A stretch of 64,000 nt of DNA from Candidatus Multivoradales bacterium (lineage in GTDB: Bacteria > Acidobacteriota > Thermoanaerobaculia > Multivoradales > JAHEKO01): positions 512,001 to 576,000 of the forward strand of contig CBDCXM010000009.1 in the NCBI GenBank assembly GCA_965223855.1. The letters run 5' to 3'. Within the stretch, counting starts at the first letter, position 1, and the number at the start of each line of letters is the position of its first letter. Below, piece after piece: positions 37,418 through 51,408 of the stretch. The notes beneath the pieces are model-generated. The model made no database searches, had not been told where the DNA came from, and was given only the letters and a program-made list of their open reading frames with translations. The position numbers were made by a program, and so were the translations under genes.

Positions 37418-38182
37418 CTACGGCACCTGCCGCCCTTCCATTCCGCCCGCCACCGTCAGGAGCTCTCCACTCAGGTGCCCCGAGTCCTCCTCGGAGGCGA
37501 GGAAGCACACCGCCGCCGCGATGTCCTCGGGTGTCGCCACCTTCTTGAGCGACATGGTGGAGAGTGCCCTGGCGACCCGCGCCTCGTCCTCGAGCGCATC
37601 GGCCGACATCGGTGTCGCCACCCATCCGGGCGCCACCGCGTTGACCCGCACCTCGTTGCCGATCCGCGCCGCCTCGTTCTTCGCCGACAGCAGCAGGCCG
37701 GTCTGGATCGCCCCCTTGGCGGCGGCGTAGTCGGCATGCCCGGCCTCGCCGAAGCGGCCGGCGGTCGAGCCGATCAGCACCAGCGAGCCCGTCCCCGTGG
37801 TCGCCGCGTGAGCGAGGAAGGCACGGGCCGTGAGGAAGGTGGCGGTGAGGTTCGAGTCGAGCGTCGAACGCCAGCGCTCGGGCGGCAGCTCCCACAAAGG
37901 CAGGTCCGCTTCCGGCCACACCCCTGCGTTGGCGACGCACACCTGGACGGAACCGAGCGTCGCCACCGCCCGATCGAAGAGGTCCGTGACCGCCCCCTCA
38001 TCTCGAAGATCCGCGGCGAGAGCGACGCCGCCGACCTCGTCCGCCAGCCTTTCAGCCGCCCCCCTCGAAGAGCGATAGTGCACCGCTACGCGATAGCCGC
38101 GATTCGCCAGCGCCCGCACCACCGCCGTGCCGATCCCGCCCGCGCCTCCCGTCACCAGAGCCGTCTTCGTTCGAGCCTCCAT
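37418..38182 (-). CDS. SDR family oxidoreductase
   Basis: TGGAGGIG, NAG, YAAAK. Confidence 0.9.
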   Translation of the reverse strand: MEARTKTALVTGGAGGIGTAVVRALANRGYRVAVHYRSSRGAAERLADEVGGVALAADLRDEGAVTDLFDRAVATLGSVQVCVANAGVWPEADLPLWELPPERWRSTLDSNLTATFLTARAFLAHAATTGTGSLVLIGSTAGRFGEAGHADYAAAKGAIQTGLLLSAKNEAARIGNEVRVNAVAPGWVATPMSADALEDEARVARALSTMSLKKVATPEDIAAAVCFLASEEDSGHLSGELLTVAGGMEGRQVP

Positions 38183-38271
38183 GTCGCCGTACTGTAGGCG
38201 GGCGGGCCGCCGCACACAACGCCCGCGCCGGCTCGCCGGCCCCGTGGAAGGACGCAGGCTAGACTGCTGCC

Positions 38272-38649
38272 GTGAGCGGAATCGATCGTCTGGCCGACTG
38301 CGGGCGGCGGCCCAACTGCATCTCCTCCACCGCCTCGAACGAGCGCCGCCGCCTCGGGCCGTGGCCGCTGGCACTCGCCGCCGGGGACGCCTGGCCGCGC
38401 ATCGAGAGGGCGGTGACGGCGCTGCCGCGCACCCGCATCGTCACGAGCGAGGACGGGTATCTCCATGCCGAGTCGCGCACGCGCTGGTGCCGCTTCGTCG
38501 ACGATCTCGAGGTGGTGCTCGACGCCGAGCAGGGAGTGGTCGGAGTGCGCTCGGCATCGCGCATCGGCTACTCGGATCGTGGCGTCAACCGCCGTCGGGT
38601 GCGGGCACTCCTGGCGGAGCTCGTCGAGCGGGGCGTCGTGGCGGGATGA
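38272..38649 (+). CDS. DUF1499 protein
   Basis: C..RPNCISS, FVDDLE, RSASRIGYSD.GVN. Confidence 0.85.
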   Translation: MSGIDRLADCGRRPNCISSTASNERRRLGPWPLALAAGDAWPRIERAVTALPRTRIVTSEDGYLHAESRTRWCRFVDDLEVVLDAEQGVVGVRSASRIGYSDRGVNRRRVRALLAELVERGVVAG

Positions 38650-38972
38650 GCCGCTCCGCCGCGAGAGCCGACAGCTACCAACGCATCTACGACGTCGTCG
38701 AGCGCATCCCTCGCGGCCGGGTGGCGACGTACGGTCAGGTGGCGGTGCTCGCCGGGCTGCCGGGTCACGCCCGCCAGGTCGGCTACGCCCTCCACCGCAC
38801 CCCCGACGAGCGCGACCTGCCGTGGCAGCGGGTGATCAACGCCCGCGGCGAGGTCAGCAGCCGCGCCGAGCCGATGTTCGAGGGGATCCAGCGCGACCTG
38901 CTGGAAGCGGAGGGAATCGTCTTCGACCTGCGAGGCCGCGTCGACCTCGACCGCTATCGCTGGGAGCCCTGA
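38646..38972 (+). CDS. Alkyltransferase-like protein (MGMT family)
   Basis: IPRGRVATYGQVA, ARQVG, PWQRV (Trp in place of the catalytic Cys). Confidence 0.88.
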   Translation: MSRSAARADSYQRIYDVVERIPRGRVATYGQVAVLAGLPGHARQVGYALHRTPDERDLPWQRVINARGEVSSRAEPMFEGIQRDLLEAEGIVFDLRGRVDLDRYRWEP

Positions 38973-38976
38973 GCCG

Positions 38977-39696
<720 letters not shown>

Positions 39697-39705
39697 ACTC
39701 GCGTC

Positions 39706-40398
39706 ATGGAACTGCGTGCCGGGACGAGCGGCTTCAGCTACAAGGCGTGGAAGGGGGCCTTCTACCCCGAGGATCTCTCCGACAGGAAGATGCTCGAGTA
39801 CTACGGCTCACAGCTGCCGGCGGTCGAGATCAACAACACCTTCTACCGGCTGCCGAAGGCTTCCGTCCTCGAAGGGTGGGCGGAGAAGGTGCCCGAGGAC
39901 TTCCGCTTCTCGATCAAGGCGTCGCGGCGGATCACCCACTTCAAGCGTCTCAAGCGGCCGGTGGAAGAGACCGCCTATCTCGTCGAGACGGTCGCCGTCC
40001 TCGGCACGCGGCTCGGCGCGCTGCTGCTGCAACTGCCGCCCAACTTCAAGCGCGACGACGAGCGGCTGCGTGATTTCCTCACCCTGCTGCCCGCGGGGAC
40101 CCGAGCCGCCTTCGAGTTCCGCCACCCGAGCTGGTTCGACGACGCTACCTACGCCGCGCTCTCCGACCACAACTGCGCGTTGTGCCTCGCCGACACCGGC
40201 GGTGAGGGCGACGCGCCGCGGGTGGCGACCGCCGACTGGGGGTATTTGCGGCTGCGGCGCGAGGAGTACACCCCCGAAGAGCTCGCCGACTGGAACGGTT
40301 GGACCGCCGAGCAGTCGTGGTCGGACGCCCTGGTCTTCTTCAAGCACGAGGACGCCGGCGCCGGACCGCGGCTTGCCCGGACCTTCCTCGCACTGTGA
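39706..40398 (+). CDS. DUF72 protein
   Basis: GTSGFSY..W.G.FYP, VEINNTFY, EFRHPSW. Confidence 0.9.
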   Translation: MELRAGTSGFSYKAWKGAFYPEDLSDRKMLEYYGSQLPAVEINNTFYRLPKASVLEGWAEKVPEDFRFSIKASRRITHFKRLKRPVEETAYLVETVAVLGTRLGALLLQLPPNFKRDDERLRDFLTLLPAGTRAAFEFRHPSWFDDATYAALSDHNCALCLADTGGEGDAPRVATADWGYLRLRREEYTPEELADWNGWTAEQSWSDALVFFKHEDAGAGPRLARTFLAL

Positions 40399-40847
40399 GC
40401 GCCGAGCTGCGCCCCGCGCGGCCCGAGGAAGCGGCGGCGCTGACCGCTCTGGCGCTGGCTGCCAAAGCGCACTGGGGATATCCCGACGAATGGCTGGAAC
40501 TGTGGCGCCCGGGGCTTTCGTTCACCGCGGAGTCGATCGCGCGCGACTGGGTGCTCGTTGCCGTGGAAGAGGGCACTCCCTGCGCCGTCGCCGCCCTCGA
40601 AGGCAGACCGCCGCAGATGGAGCTCGGCCACCTGTGGGTCCACCCGGAGCACATGGGCGCCGGCCTCGGCCGACGGCTCTTCGAGGCGGCGACAGGAGAA
40701 GCCCGGGCCCGAGGCGCGAGCCGCCTCGAGATCGTCTCCGACCCTCACGCCGAGGGGTTCTACACCGCACTCGGCGCGCGACGGTTCGGTCACCTCGCGA
40801 GCGAACCTGGCGAGCGGACGCTGCCCCTCCTGCTCTACGATCTGTAG
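40395..40847 (+). CDS. GNAT acetyltransferase
   Basis: LWVHPEHMGAGLGR, AEGFY. Confidence 0.85.
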   Translation: MSAELRPARPEEAAALTALALAAKAHWGYPDEWLELWRPGLSFTAESIARDWVLVAVEEGTPCAVAALEGRPPQMELGHLWVHPEHMGAGLGRRLFEAATGEARARGASRLEIVSDPHAEGFYTALGARRFGHLASEPGERTLPLLLYDL

Positions 40848-40901
40848 CCGAGCCGGCGCCGGTGGAACATCCCGCCGCTGCCACCGGTTGAGACGCACGC
40901 C

Positions 40902-41609
40902 ATGCCTGATCGCCTCCGACCCATCGTCGTCGCCGTCGCTCTCGCGACCCTCGCCGCCCTTCTATCGCCGGCGGGCGCGAGCGAGCCGCTCTATTTCGAG
41001 CTCTGGCAACCGGAAGAGTCGGCCTCGGAGGAGACCGACCCGGGGGCCGATGACGGAGCGGAGATCGAACGCTCCCAGATCCTCCTCGCGATGGACCAGA
41101 TCGACGCCGAGTCGCCGATCGCCGAATGGTGCCGGCAGCAGAGGCTCCACCTGCCGGAGGAGACGCTGCCGCTCGCCCTGCTGCGCGAGGCGCCCTACAG
41201 CCGTTTCGAGACCGGCATCGTGCCGCTCGAGCTCGAGCTGCTGATCGACGACGTGGAGCTGCGCTACGCCCTCGGCACGAACCGCCCGCTCGGTGCCGAC
41301 GGTCTGAGCTTCCCGTACTTCGAGCTGTGCGCCCTCGGCTTCGGCCGCCGCGACGGCGGCGACTGGTCGCTCGACGTCGTCCACCTGTCGAATGCACGCG
41401 GACAGCAGATCGTCGTCGGCGTTTACAAGGGAGTGCTGCCGAAGCACGAGCGTGACTTCCTCGCAGCCTCGCTCGGCTACGACCACGAGCAGCCCGACCC
41501 GGCCGGCATCCTGCTGCTCGGCCAGGGAGAAGAGTTGCCGGCGATGCTGCTCGTGCGCTCCGAGAGCGGCGAGGCGTTCGACGCACTCCGCAGACGCATC
41601 GTCCGCTGA
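40902..41609 (+). CDS. Hypothetical secreted protein
   Basis: Signal peptide; operon context. Confidence 0.6.
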   Translation: MPDRLRPIVVAVALATLAALLSPAGASEPLYFELWQPEESASEETDPGADDGAEIERSQILLAMDQIDAESPIAEWCRQQRLHLPEETLPLALLREAPYSRFETGIVPLELELLIDDVELRYALGTNRPLGADGLSFPYFELCALGFGRRDGGDWSLDVVHLSNARGQQIVVGVYKGVLPKHERDFLAASLGYDHEQPDPAGILLLGQGEELPAMLLVRSESGEAFDALRRRIVR

Positions 41610-41628
41610 CACGCTAAGGTCCGCTGCC

Positions 41629-42039
41629 ATGTCCCCGGCCGGCTACTCAGGCACTCCGCTCGCCCGCAAGCTCGGTTTGAAGCCCGGCATGAGGGCCTGC
41701 GTCCTCAACGCCCCAGACCACTACGCCGAGCTCATCGCGCCCGAGCCGAAGGACATCCAGTGGCTCGGGCCGCGAGCCGGAGTGCTCGACTTCGTCCACC
41801 TCTTCGTGCTGCGCGAGACCGAGCTCGCCCGCCGGCTGTCTCGTCAGATGGAGCGCATCGTCAGCGACGGCATGATCTGGATTTCGTGGCCGAAGAAGGC
41901 GTCGAAGGTCAAGACCGACGTCACCGAAGACACGGTGCGCAAGCATGCCCTCAAGCTCGGGCTCGTCGACATCAAGGTGTGCGCGGTCGACGAGGTGTGG
42001 TCGGGGTTGAAGCTGGTGATCCGGAAAGAGAACCGGTAG
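41629..42039 (+). CDS. DUF3052-like protein
   Basis: GYSGTPLARKLG, WISWPKK, LVDIKVCAVDEVWSGLK. Confidence 0.85.
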   Translation: MSPAGYSGTPLARKLGLKPGMRACVLNAPDHYAELIAPEPKDIQWLGPRAGVLDFVHLFVLRETELARRLSRQMERIVSDGMIWISWPKKASKVKTDVTEDTVRKHALKLGLVDIKVCAVDEVWSGLKLVIRKENR

Positions 42040-42278
42040 GACGAGGGGCGGGCTCAGAGCTCGCCCGCGACTTGCCTCGCGTGCCGGACGAGGACGACCG
42101 CGGCGGCTAGAATCAGAGCGATCGGCCACCTGTGCATAGGCGGGAATTTCGAGAGCCGCGTCGCGTACTCGTCGGGGGCACCGCTGTCGGTCCAGGGTCC
42201 GCTACCTCCCGCAGCTTCTCGCGTCGCACAGCCGGCGATGTCCCGCACGGAATCCGATCCGCCGAGCCCCGCCCCGAC

Positions 42279-42846
42279 ATGAGCTCCCGGTCACCGAAGA
42301 AACCCGACGACGACGTGACCGGCCTGCTCCGGGCCTGGAGCCGGGGCGAGGACGGAGTGGAAGCCACCCTGCTCGAACTCATCTACGCCGAGCTCCGAAA
42401 GCTCGCGATCGCTCATCTGAGGGCCGAAAGGAGCGATCACACGCTCGAGCCTGCCGCCCTGGTGCACGAGGCGTACCTGCGGTTGATCGATCAGCACCGT
42501 ACCGAGTGGCAGAGCCGTGAGCACTTCTACGGCATCGCCTCCAGGATGATGCGCCGAGTGCTGACCGACTACGCCCGACGGCGCGCGCGCGTCAAGCGGG
42601 GCGGCGACTGGGTGCGGGTCAGCTTGGAAGCCGTCCGAGCGGGAACCGAGCCGCTGTCGATCGAAGCGCGTGCGCTCGACGATGCGATCACCGAGCTCGC
42701 GTCGGTGGACGAACGCAAGGCACGGATCGTCGAGCTGAGATTCTTCGGCGGCCTGACCATTGGTGAAACGGCGAGTTTGCTCGCGTGCAGCCCGGCCACC
42801 GTGCGACGGGACTGGGCGTTCACCAAGGCGTGGCTGGTGGACCGCC

Positions 42847-42857
<11 letters not shown>
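42279..42857 (+). CDS. ECF sigma factor (TIGR02999-like, kinase-associated)
   Basis: DVTGLL, YAELR, HTL..ALVHEAYLRL, ELRFFGGL, RDW...KAWL. Confidence 0.9.
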
Positions 42858-45327
<2,470 letters not shown>

Positions 45328-45486
45328 CCCCGGTTCCTCCAGAGTCTCAGGATCCCTTGATCGAACGTCGCCCAGAGTACCCGAGGAGACTCGATGACTC
45401 AGTCCGTGCAGTTTCGACGCGTGGACAGTGAGACCCGCTGGCGTCGAGACCCGCCGCCAGACCGTGCCCACAGGGGAGGAAATCAG

Positions 45487-48400
45487 ATGACCCGAACGCT
45501 GCTCTCGACCCGTCTCGCGCTACTCGTGTCCATCGCCGGCGCCTCGATGCTGGCGGCCTACCAAGGCCCGATCCAGATCGTCAGCCACCAGCCGGGGAGT
45601 CCAGTCGGCGGCAACGGCCCCAGCCGCAGCTCCGACGTCAGCTGGGACGGCCGCTACGTGGTCTTCGATTCCACCGCCGACAATCTGGTGGCAAACGACG
45701 ACAACGGGCGCCGGGACGTTTTCCTGTGGGATCGCAAGACCGGCGACCTCACCGCGATCAGCGTGGTAAATCCGGCGGACCCCGAGTCAAGCACCGCTAA
45801 CGACGACAGTAACAACCCGAGCATCAGCGCCGACGGCAAGTTCGTCGTGTTCACGTCGCACGCCAGCGACCTGCCGGGCGCCAATGACGAGTGCAACACG
45901 TTTCTCTGGGACCGGGAGGCTGAGACGATCGAGATCGTCAGCGTCAAGGACAGCGGACACGGCTCGGGCCCCGGCAATGGCGCCTGCGGTTACGGCACAC
46001 CCGGGGTCAGTGACGACGGCGTGCGAGTGATCTTTGCTTCCACCTCCTGCGATCTCGTCCCGGATGACAGCCAGACTTGCTGGCCGTACGATTGGTCGCA
46101 GATCTTCGTTCGGAACCGTCGGTTCAGGACGACACGACGGCTGACGGACCCCGTCGATCCGACTGAGGAGAGGCCGAACGACCACAGCTCCGACCCCGTC
46201 ATCAGTGCCGACGGACGAAGCTTCGCCTTCCGTACCGCAGCGACGAACATCCCCGGCACTCCGAGCTGTTGCATCACGACGGTCGTCGAGCGCGATGGCG
46301 CCATCTTCGGAATCGACGACGGCGCCAGCCAACCCATCACGGGGAAGGATCTCGGGATCTCCGGTGACGGCAGCACGGTCGTCTTCAGCTCGACGACCGC
46401 TCACGTGCCGGAGGACACGGACGGGAAGTGGGACGCCTACGCCTGGACGCCGCAGGGCCTCAAGCTACTGAGCGGCGACGTTCCGGGTAACCCGCATCTC
46501 AAGTGGCCGGCGATCGACGACCGGGGGCGCAACGTAGTCTTCGAGTCCGCAAATCAGGTCTGGCACTACAACATGGAGTCCGGTGAAACAACACCGGTGA
46601 TCGTCCGCACGGACGGCAGCCCGCCAGGCTTCGGCGCCTACGACGGGCACATCAGCGGCGACGGAAGGAACGTCGTGTTCACCAGCCGCGATCACCTCCT
46701 GGTCGAGGGCGACGACAACGGGAACCAGTACGACGTCTTCTTTCGTGGAGATCTTCTCGATCTCGTGGATCCCTTCCACGAGCTGCTGGACAAGGATAGC
46801 GGCAAGATCGACAGCGAGGCTCACCACTGGGCGCGGCCGGATCTCACCGAGGTGAGCTCGGTGGTGGCCGACGGTGTCACTCCGATCATCATCCGCTACT
46901 TCGCCCACGACGTTCCCGGCACAGTGACGTTCTCGATCGACAGCCCGTTCGCCGACAGCGGCACCTTGAGCACCCGTGTGGGCTTCGCGAGCGGCGCTCC
47001 CGAGCGCCTTCAGACACTCGAGAGCGTCGCCACCGAGCCGACGCAGGCCGGCGAAGTGGCCTTCGCGCTCTACGAACCCCCATTGAACTTCGTGCGCCAG
47101 GGGGGCGCACCCACCTGCCCGGGCGGCACCGCGGAAGACACCTGCCGCGAAAGCCGGCTCGTGACCATCGCTGTCGACTTCACCCCGACCTCGGGATCTC
47201 GTTCGAGCGCGATCGCGCAGATCCCGCTCCTCCGGCCTCCCACGATGCTTGTCCACGGCCTCTGGCCCAAGAAGCAAACCTGGGAGCTAGACCTCATGTC
47301 GGACACCCGCTTTCACATCTACACTCACGACTACAAATCCACCAGCGGTCTCGCCTTCGCCGACAACCTCCTCCAACCGTACCTCGGTACCCGTCAGCTC
47401 CTCAGCGAGGTCCGAGCCCGACGCACCGCTGTGACCCAGATCGACTACGTGGGGCACAGCATGGGCGGAATCCTCGGCCGGATCTTCGTTGGCCGCCCTC
47501 CCGGCTACGACCCCTTCCCCGACTACGCGCCCGGCGAAACTTACGGTCAAGGCTACTTTCACAAGCTGATTACGGTCGGCAGTCCACACCGCGGTTCCCC
47601 TCATGCCAACTGCTACGAGCGCCTTCCCTCAGCCATCCGGGCGCTCATAGCTTCTGTCCAGGGGTATCGGTTCGGCGGAGTCGACGCGCTAGAGGATCTC
47701 GCGGTCGGTAGCGCAGTCAACCTCGCCCTCCCGGACGCCAACGTTTTCAGCCACGCAGTCGCCGGACTCGGTGGACGAGCTCTGTTCGACGACGCTCCTC
47801 TTGTGAACTGGCATCCCGCTTTCGCCATGCAACTGGACATCCTCGAGACCATGGGTGTTCCTACGCACGACGCCCTCTTTCCGGCGAGTTCGGAGCATGA
47901 TCTGGTGGTCGCTCAAGCGAGTCAGGAGGGGCGGCTTGCCCCCGACCACACGACTGGCCTTCTGGAAGAACTTCACATCGGCCCGAATTCCGAAACCAAC
48001 AGCGACGACGCCAACTGGGTCCTGGACTCCCTGTTGAACGAGCCGATCGACCCGCTCTTCGGGAGTTTCGCCTCGGCCTTCCCATTCCGCGATCCCGCAG
48101 ACATCGACCCCAGTGAACAGCTCTCGCCCACCCTCTGTGACGCCACCTGGGCGCAAGGCATTGGTGAGCTCGCCATCTCGGGTCCAGTGGTCGCCGCGCC
48201 CGGAGACACCGTCACGATCACGGTCGACGCAGACTTCAACACCCCGGTGCCGCCGCCGATCGATCGCGTTGTCGCCTACACCCGATTCTCCCAATCGGCC
48301 GCCCAGTCGGTCGCCGGGCCCTTCTTCGGGGCGCAGACCTTCGACATCCAGATGGACGTCCCGGCGGACGAGCACGGGACCGTTCAGGTCGAAGTCATCG

Positions 48401-49041
48401 CGTTCGCGAGCGGAGCCTCGGAGTACTACCTCGGACCCGGAATCACTTTCGAGGTGATTCCGACCGCGGAGCTCGAGTCCCTGCGTGTGGAGCCAGACCC
48501 GATGTTCCTCGACTACCTCACACCGTCGCAGAACCTGGTCGTGCACGGCACCTATGACGACGGCGTCGAACGCAGGATCCAGGGGCCTGAAGCCGGGACC
48601 ACATACACCAGCGACGACCCTCTCGTGGCCACGGTCGACGCCTACGGCAAGGTCGAAGCGATCAATCTCGGGTCCACCGCGATCCTCGTCGAGAACTCCG
48701 GGGTGGAGGACCACGCCACGATCCACGTCGGTACCAGCCGACTCAGACATCTCGATCCGTTGCCCTCTTCGAGGGATCTCTGGCTTCGTGTCGCTAGTGC
48801 CGAACCCGGCGCGACGATCGCCTTCTACTGGGATACCGACGCCGGCTCGGATGAAGTGCCGGGTTGTCCGGGTCTGACTTTCGGTCTCGACCAGGCCAAC
48901 CTCGAGGGGACGGCAACAGCCTCCTCGGACGGAACCGCCACGATCAAGCTCAACGGCGCCATCCAGGGTACGACCTATCTCCTTCAAGCGGTGGACGAGT
49001 CGCTTTGTGCCGTGAGCAACCTAGTTGAGGCCGACTGGTAG
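45487..49041 (+). CDS. Large secreted protein: TolB-like propeller + lipase-type alpha/beta hydrolase + Ig-like domains
   Basis: ISADG..VVF repeats, VHGL, VGHSMGG, GSPHRGS, TYTSDDPLVATVD. Confidence 0.8.
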   Translation: MTRTLLSTRLALLVSIAGASMLAAYQGPIQIVSHQPGSPVGGNGPSRSSDVSWDGRYVVFDSTADNLVANDDNGRRDVFLWDRKTGDLTAISVVNPADPESSTANDDSNNPSISADGKFVVFTSHASDLPGANDECNTFLWDREAETIEIVSVKDSGHGSGPGNGACGYGTPGVSDDGVRVIFASTSCDLVPDDSQTCWPYDWSQIFVRNRRFRTTRRLTDPVDPTEERPNDHSSDPVISADGRSFAFRTAATNIPGTPSCCITTVVERDGAIFGIDDGASQPITGKDLGISGDGSTVVFSSTTAHVPEDTDGKWDAYAWTPQGLKLLSGDVPGNPHLKWPAIDDRGRNVVFESANQVWHYNMESGETTPVIVRTDGSPPGFGAYDGHISGDGRNVVFTSRDHLLVEGDDNGNQYDVFFRGDLLDLVDPFHELLDKDSGKIDSEAHHWARPDLTEVSSVVADGVTPIIIRYFAHDVPGTVTFSIDSPFADSGTLSTRVGFASGAPERLQTLESVATEPTQAGEVAFALYEPPLNFVRQGGAPTCPGGTAEDTCRESRLVTIAVDFTPTSGSRSSAIAQIPLLRPPTMLVHGLWPKKQTWELDLMSDTRFHIYTHDYKSTSGLAFADNLLQPYLGTRQLLSEVRARRTAVTQIDYVGHSMGGILGRIFVGRPPGYDPFPDYAPGETYGQGYFHKLITVGSPHRGSPHANCYERLPSAIRALIASVQGYRFGGVDALEDLAVGSAVNLALPDANVFSHAVAGLGGRALFDDAPLVNWHPAFAMQLDILETMGVPTHDALFPASSEHDLVVAQASQEGRLAPDHTTGLLEELHIGPNSETNSDDANWVLDSLLNEPIDPLFGSFASAFPFRDPADIDPSEQLSPTLCDATWAQGIGELAISGPVVAAPGDTVTITVDADFNTPVPPPIDRVVAYTRFSQSAAQSVAGPFFGAQTFDIQMDVPADEHGTVQVEVIAFASGASEYYLGPGITFEVIPTAELESLRVEPDPMFLDYLTPSQNLVVHGTYDDGVERRIQGPEAGTTYTSDDPLVATVDAYGKVEAINLGSTAILVENSGVEDHATIHVGTSRLRHLDPLPSSRDLWLRVASAEPGATIAFYWDTDAGSDEVPGCPGLTFGLDQANLEGTATASSDGTATIKLNGAIQGTTYLLQAVDESLCAVSNLVEADW

Positions 49042-49150
49042 GCCACGAGGCAAGGACGCTGCCGGAGCCCGATCAACACGCCAGCAGCGGCGGATCCCTG
49101 CTGTCCGTCACCTAATCTCTACTGGAGCTATTGGGTGACCGGAGGCCTCG

Positions 49151-50389
49151 TCAGGAGGCCTCCGCCACCCTCCTGTCCGCCAACAACCCCATCACCTCGT
49201 CCACCTGCTGCCACCCCTGTCGCATGAGAAAGCTCGTGTTCCGCCCATAGGACTTCGCGCCGAGGATGAAGAACCCCGGCTCCGGGTTGACGAGGGTGTC
49301 GGCGCCGTGGCTCTCCTGGGCGAGACAGTCGCTGCTCCCCGCCCCCAGCAGCGCGGCGGCGAGTTTCATCGGGCCGCTGGTGGCGTAGCACTCGTGGATC
49401 TGGAGCTGTCGGTAGAGGGTGTGGTCGCCGACGGAGCCGGTGAGGCCGAGGACGCGATCGACCTCGAGCGTCTCGGTCGAGCCGTCGGTCGAGCGCAGGG
49501 TGACGGCGACGCCGTCTTCCCGCGGCTCGAAGCGGTCGATGACGACGCCGAGGCGGGTCTCGAAGCCGGGGGCGCCCACTTCGACGAGACCGCGGGCGGC
49601 GGCGGTGAGGCGCGAGCGTTCCGGCAGCGGGTCTTCGGGATCGACGTGCCAGCTCGGCTGCTCGCTTCGCAGCGCCCAGACGACCTGCGTGCCGTCGTCT
49701 TCCGCCGCGAGCTTCGCCAGACCTTCGGCGGCGGTCTGTGCCGAGTGGCCGGCGCCGACCAGCAGCACCCGGCGGCCACGCCAAGCGGCCGCATCGGCTT
49801 CGAGGTCGGGGATGCGTTGGGAGATGGAGCCCGACGCACTCGCTTCTCCGGGCGCCGGGATGCCGCCATCGCCGAGTCGATTCGGCTCCGAGTAGCTGCC
49901 GCTGCAGTCGAATACCAGGTCGGCGTGGTCGATGCGTTGCTCGCCGGCACCGTTCTCGACGAGCAGCCGGAAGCGGCGGGTCTCGCGCTCCCCGTCGCCG
50001 ATCGCCTCGTGCTTGAGCAACCCCTCGCGGCCTACGCTGACGACCCGGCTGCCGAGTTGCAGCCCTTCGGCCAGGGGTGAGGCTGCCGCGAGCGGCTCGA
50101 ACACCGTGCGGCGCAGCTCCGCGCCGGTCGGGCAGCTCTCGTCGTCCGGCGCCGAGCGGCCGAGCTTTTCGAGCGCGGCGCGCATGCGCGGCGAGACGTC
50201 GAGCGACCACGGCGAGAAGAGCCGCACGTGGCCCCAGTCGTCCATGTTGCCGGCGATCTTCGGCGCCGCTTCGTAGAGGGTGAAGCTCCACGCCTGCTCG
50301 GCCGCGGCCAGGGCGGCGTCGATGCCGGTCGGGCCGGCGCCGAGGATGGCGAGATGGGGGCTGCCGGTCAGGTCAGTCGTGTCGGTCAT
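49151..50389 (-). CDS. FAD/NAD(P)-dependent flavoprotein monooxygenase-like protein
   Basis: GAGPTG, WGHVRLFSPW, GAGHSA, GAKSYGR. Confidence 0.85.
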   Translation of the reverse strand: MTDTTDLTGSPHLAILGAGPTGIDAALAAAEQAWSFTLYEAAPKIAGNMDDWGHVRLFSPWSLDVSPRMRAALEKLGRSAPDDESCPTGAELRRTVFEPLAAASPLAEGLQLGSRVVSVGREGLLKHEAIGDGERETRRFRLLVENGAGEQRIDHADLVFDCSGSYSEPNRLGDGGIPAPGEASASGSISQRIPDLEADAAAWRGRRVLLVGAGHSAQTAAEGLAKLAAEDDGTQVVWALRSEQPSWHVDPEDPLPERSRLTAAARGLVEVGAPGFETRLGVVIDRFEPREDGVAVTLRSTDGSTETLEVDRVLGLTGSVGDHTLYRQLQIHECYATSGPMKLAAALLGAGSSDCLAQESHGADTLVNPEPGFFILGAKSYGRNTSFLMRQGWQQVDEVMGLLADRRVAEAS

Positions 50390-51408
50390 CAGAACCTCGA
50401 TGCGGCCCGCTCTCGGGCCGGCAGGATTTCCAGGCAGGTGGTCCACCAGCCGGTGAGCACAGTCTCGACGAACTCCTCGGGAAGTTCCTCGGCGCGCATC
50501 TCGGCGGCGAGCGCCTCGTGATCGTAGGCGAGCGGCACCAGTTCGACGCCGAGCTCGCTCCCGTCCGCCTCTAGCAGCGCGTACCAGACGTTGGTCCGGC
50601 CGTCGTTCGCCGGCCGGCCGATGACGCCGACGTTGACGAGGTCGCGCCCCGACGGCAAGCGACGGTGCCAGTGGAGCCCGCTGTGCGTGCACAGCACGCC
50701 GTCGCAGCGCTCGCGATCGAGCATCACTTCGAGGAACGGCACCGGGGCGGTCGACTCGAACAGGAACTCGTTGACCCGTCGCGGCGAGCCGTGGACGAGC
50801 AGCAGCTCGCGCTCGCCGACCCGGATCCGGCGCCGTCGCGGAAGCTCTCCCATCCAAGCCTTGAAGTCGTCCGAACAGCGCTCGGCGGTGTAGCGGTAGG
50901 AGAGCTCGGCGAAATGGTTGTCGCGCGGGTCGGTGTAGCCGCAGTTGCAGTCCTCGTGGCCGGTCGAGAGCGACTCCTCGTAGTTGCCCTGCAGCACCCG
51001 GACGTCGTGCTCGACCAGCAGCGGCCACACCTTCTCCGGGTTGGGCCCGAACCCGCCGAGGTCGCCGAGGCAGTAGAGCCGCTCGGCGCCCCGCTTGCGC
51101 GCGTCGTCGATCAGCGCCTGCAACGCGTAGTGGTTGTTGTAGACGCCGCCGAAGACGGCGACCCGCTCGAACGGACCTTCGATCGGTGTCGCATCGGTCG
51201 GCAGCTCGAGATAGCGCTCGGCCTCGGCAGCACGCTGCTCGTCCGCAAGGGTGCGGCCGGCGGTAGCGGTAGCGCGATGGAACTCGCCCAGCGGCACCAG
51301 CCGCTCCCCCCAGGTCGCCATGCCGCGATGCGCGGTGAGCTTGGCGCGCCGCTCTTCGTCGCGCAGCTCTTTGGGCTGACGCGGTTCGCTGGGCTTGCGG
51401 GAGGGCAT
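50389..51408 (-). CDS. Metallophosphoesterase-family protein (variant motifs)
   Basis: LGD..GFGP.P, GNYE, CNCGY, HGSP, THSG, NVG. Confidence 0.8.
   Translation of the reverse strand: MPSRKPSEPRQPKELRDEERRAKLTAHRGMATWGERLVPLGEFHRATATAGRTLADEQRAAEAERYLELPTDATPIEGPFERVAVFGGVYNNHYALQALIDDARKRGAERLYCLGDLGGFGPNPEKVWPLLVEHDVRVLQGNYEESLSTGHEDCNCGYTDPRDNHFAELSYRYTAERCSDDFKAWMGELPRRRRIRVGERELLLVHGSPRRVNEFLFESTAPVPFLEVMLDRERCDGVLCTHSGLHWHRRLPSGRDLVNVGVIGRPANDGRTNVWYALLEADGSELGVELVPLAYDHEALAAEMRAEELPEEFVETVLTGWWTTCLEILPARERAASRF

Noticed and set aside
42054-42137. 27-aa signal-peptide-like ORF (MHRWPIALILAAAVVL...) on the minus strand
   Set aside because: Too short and lacks an RBS; may be a remnant but cannot be supported.
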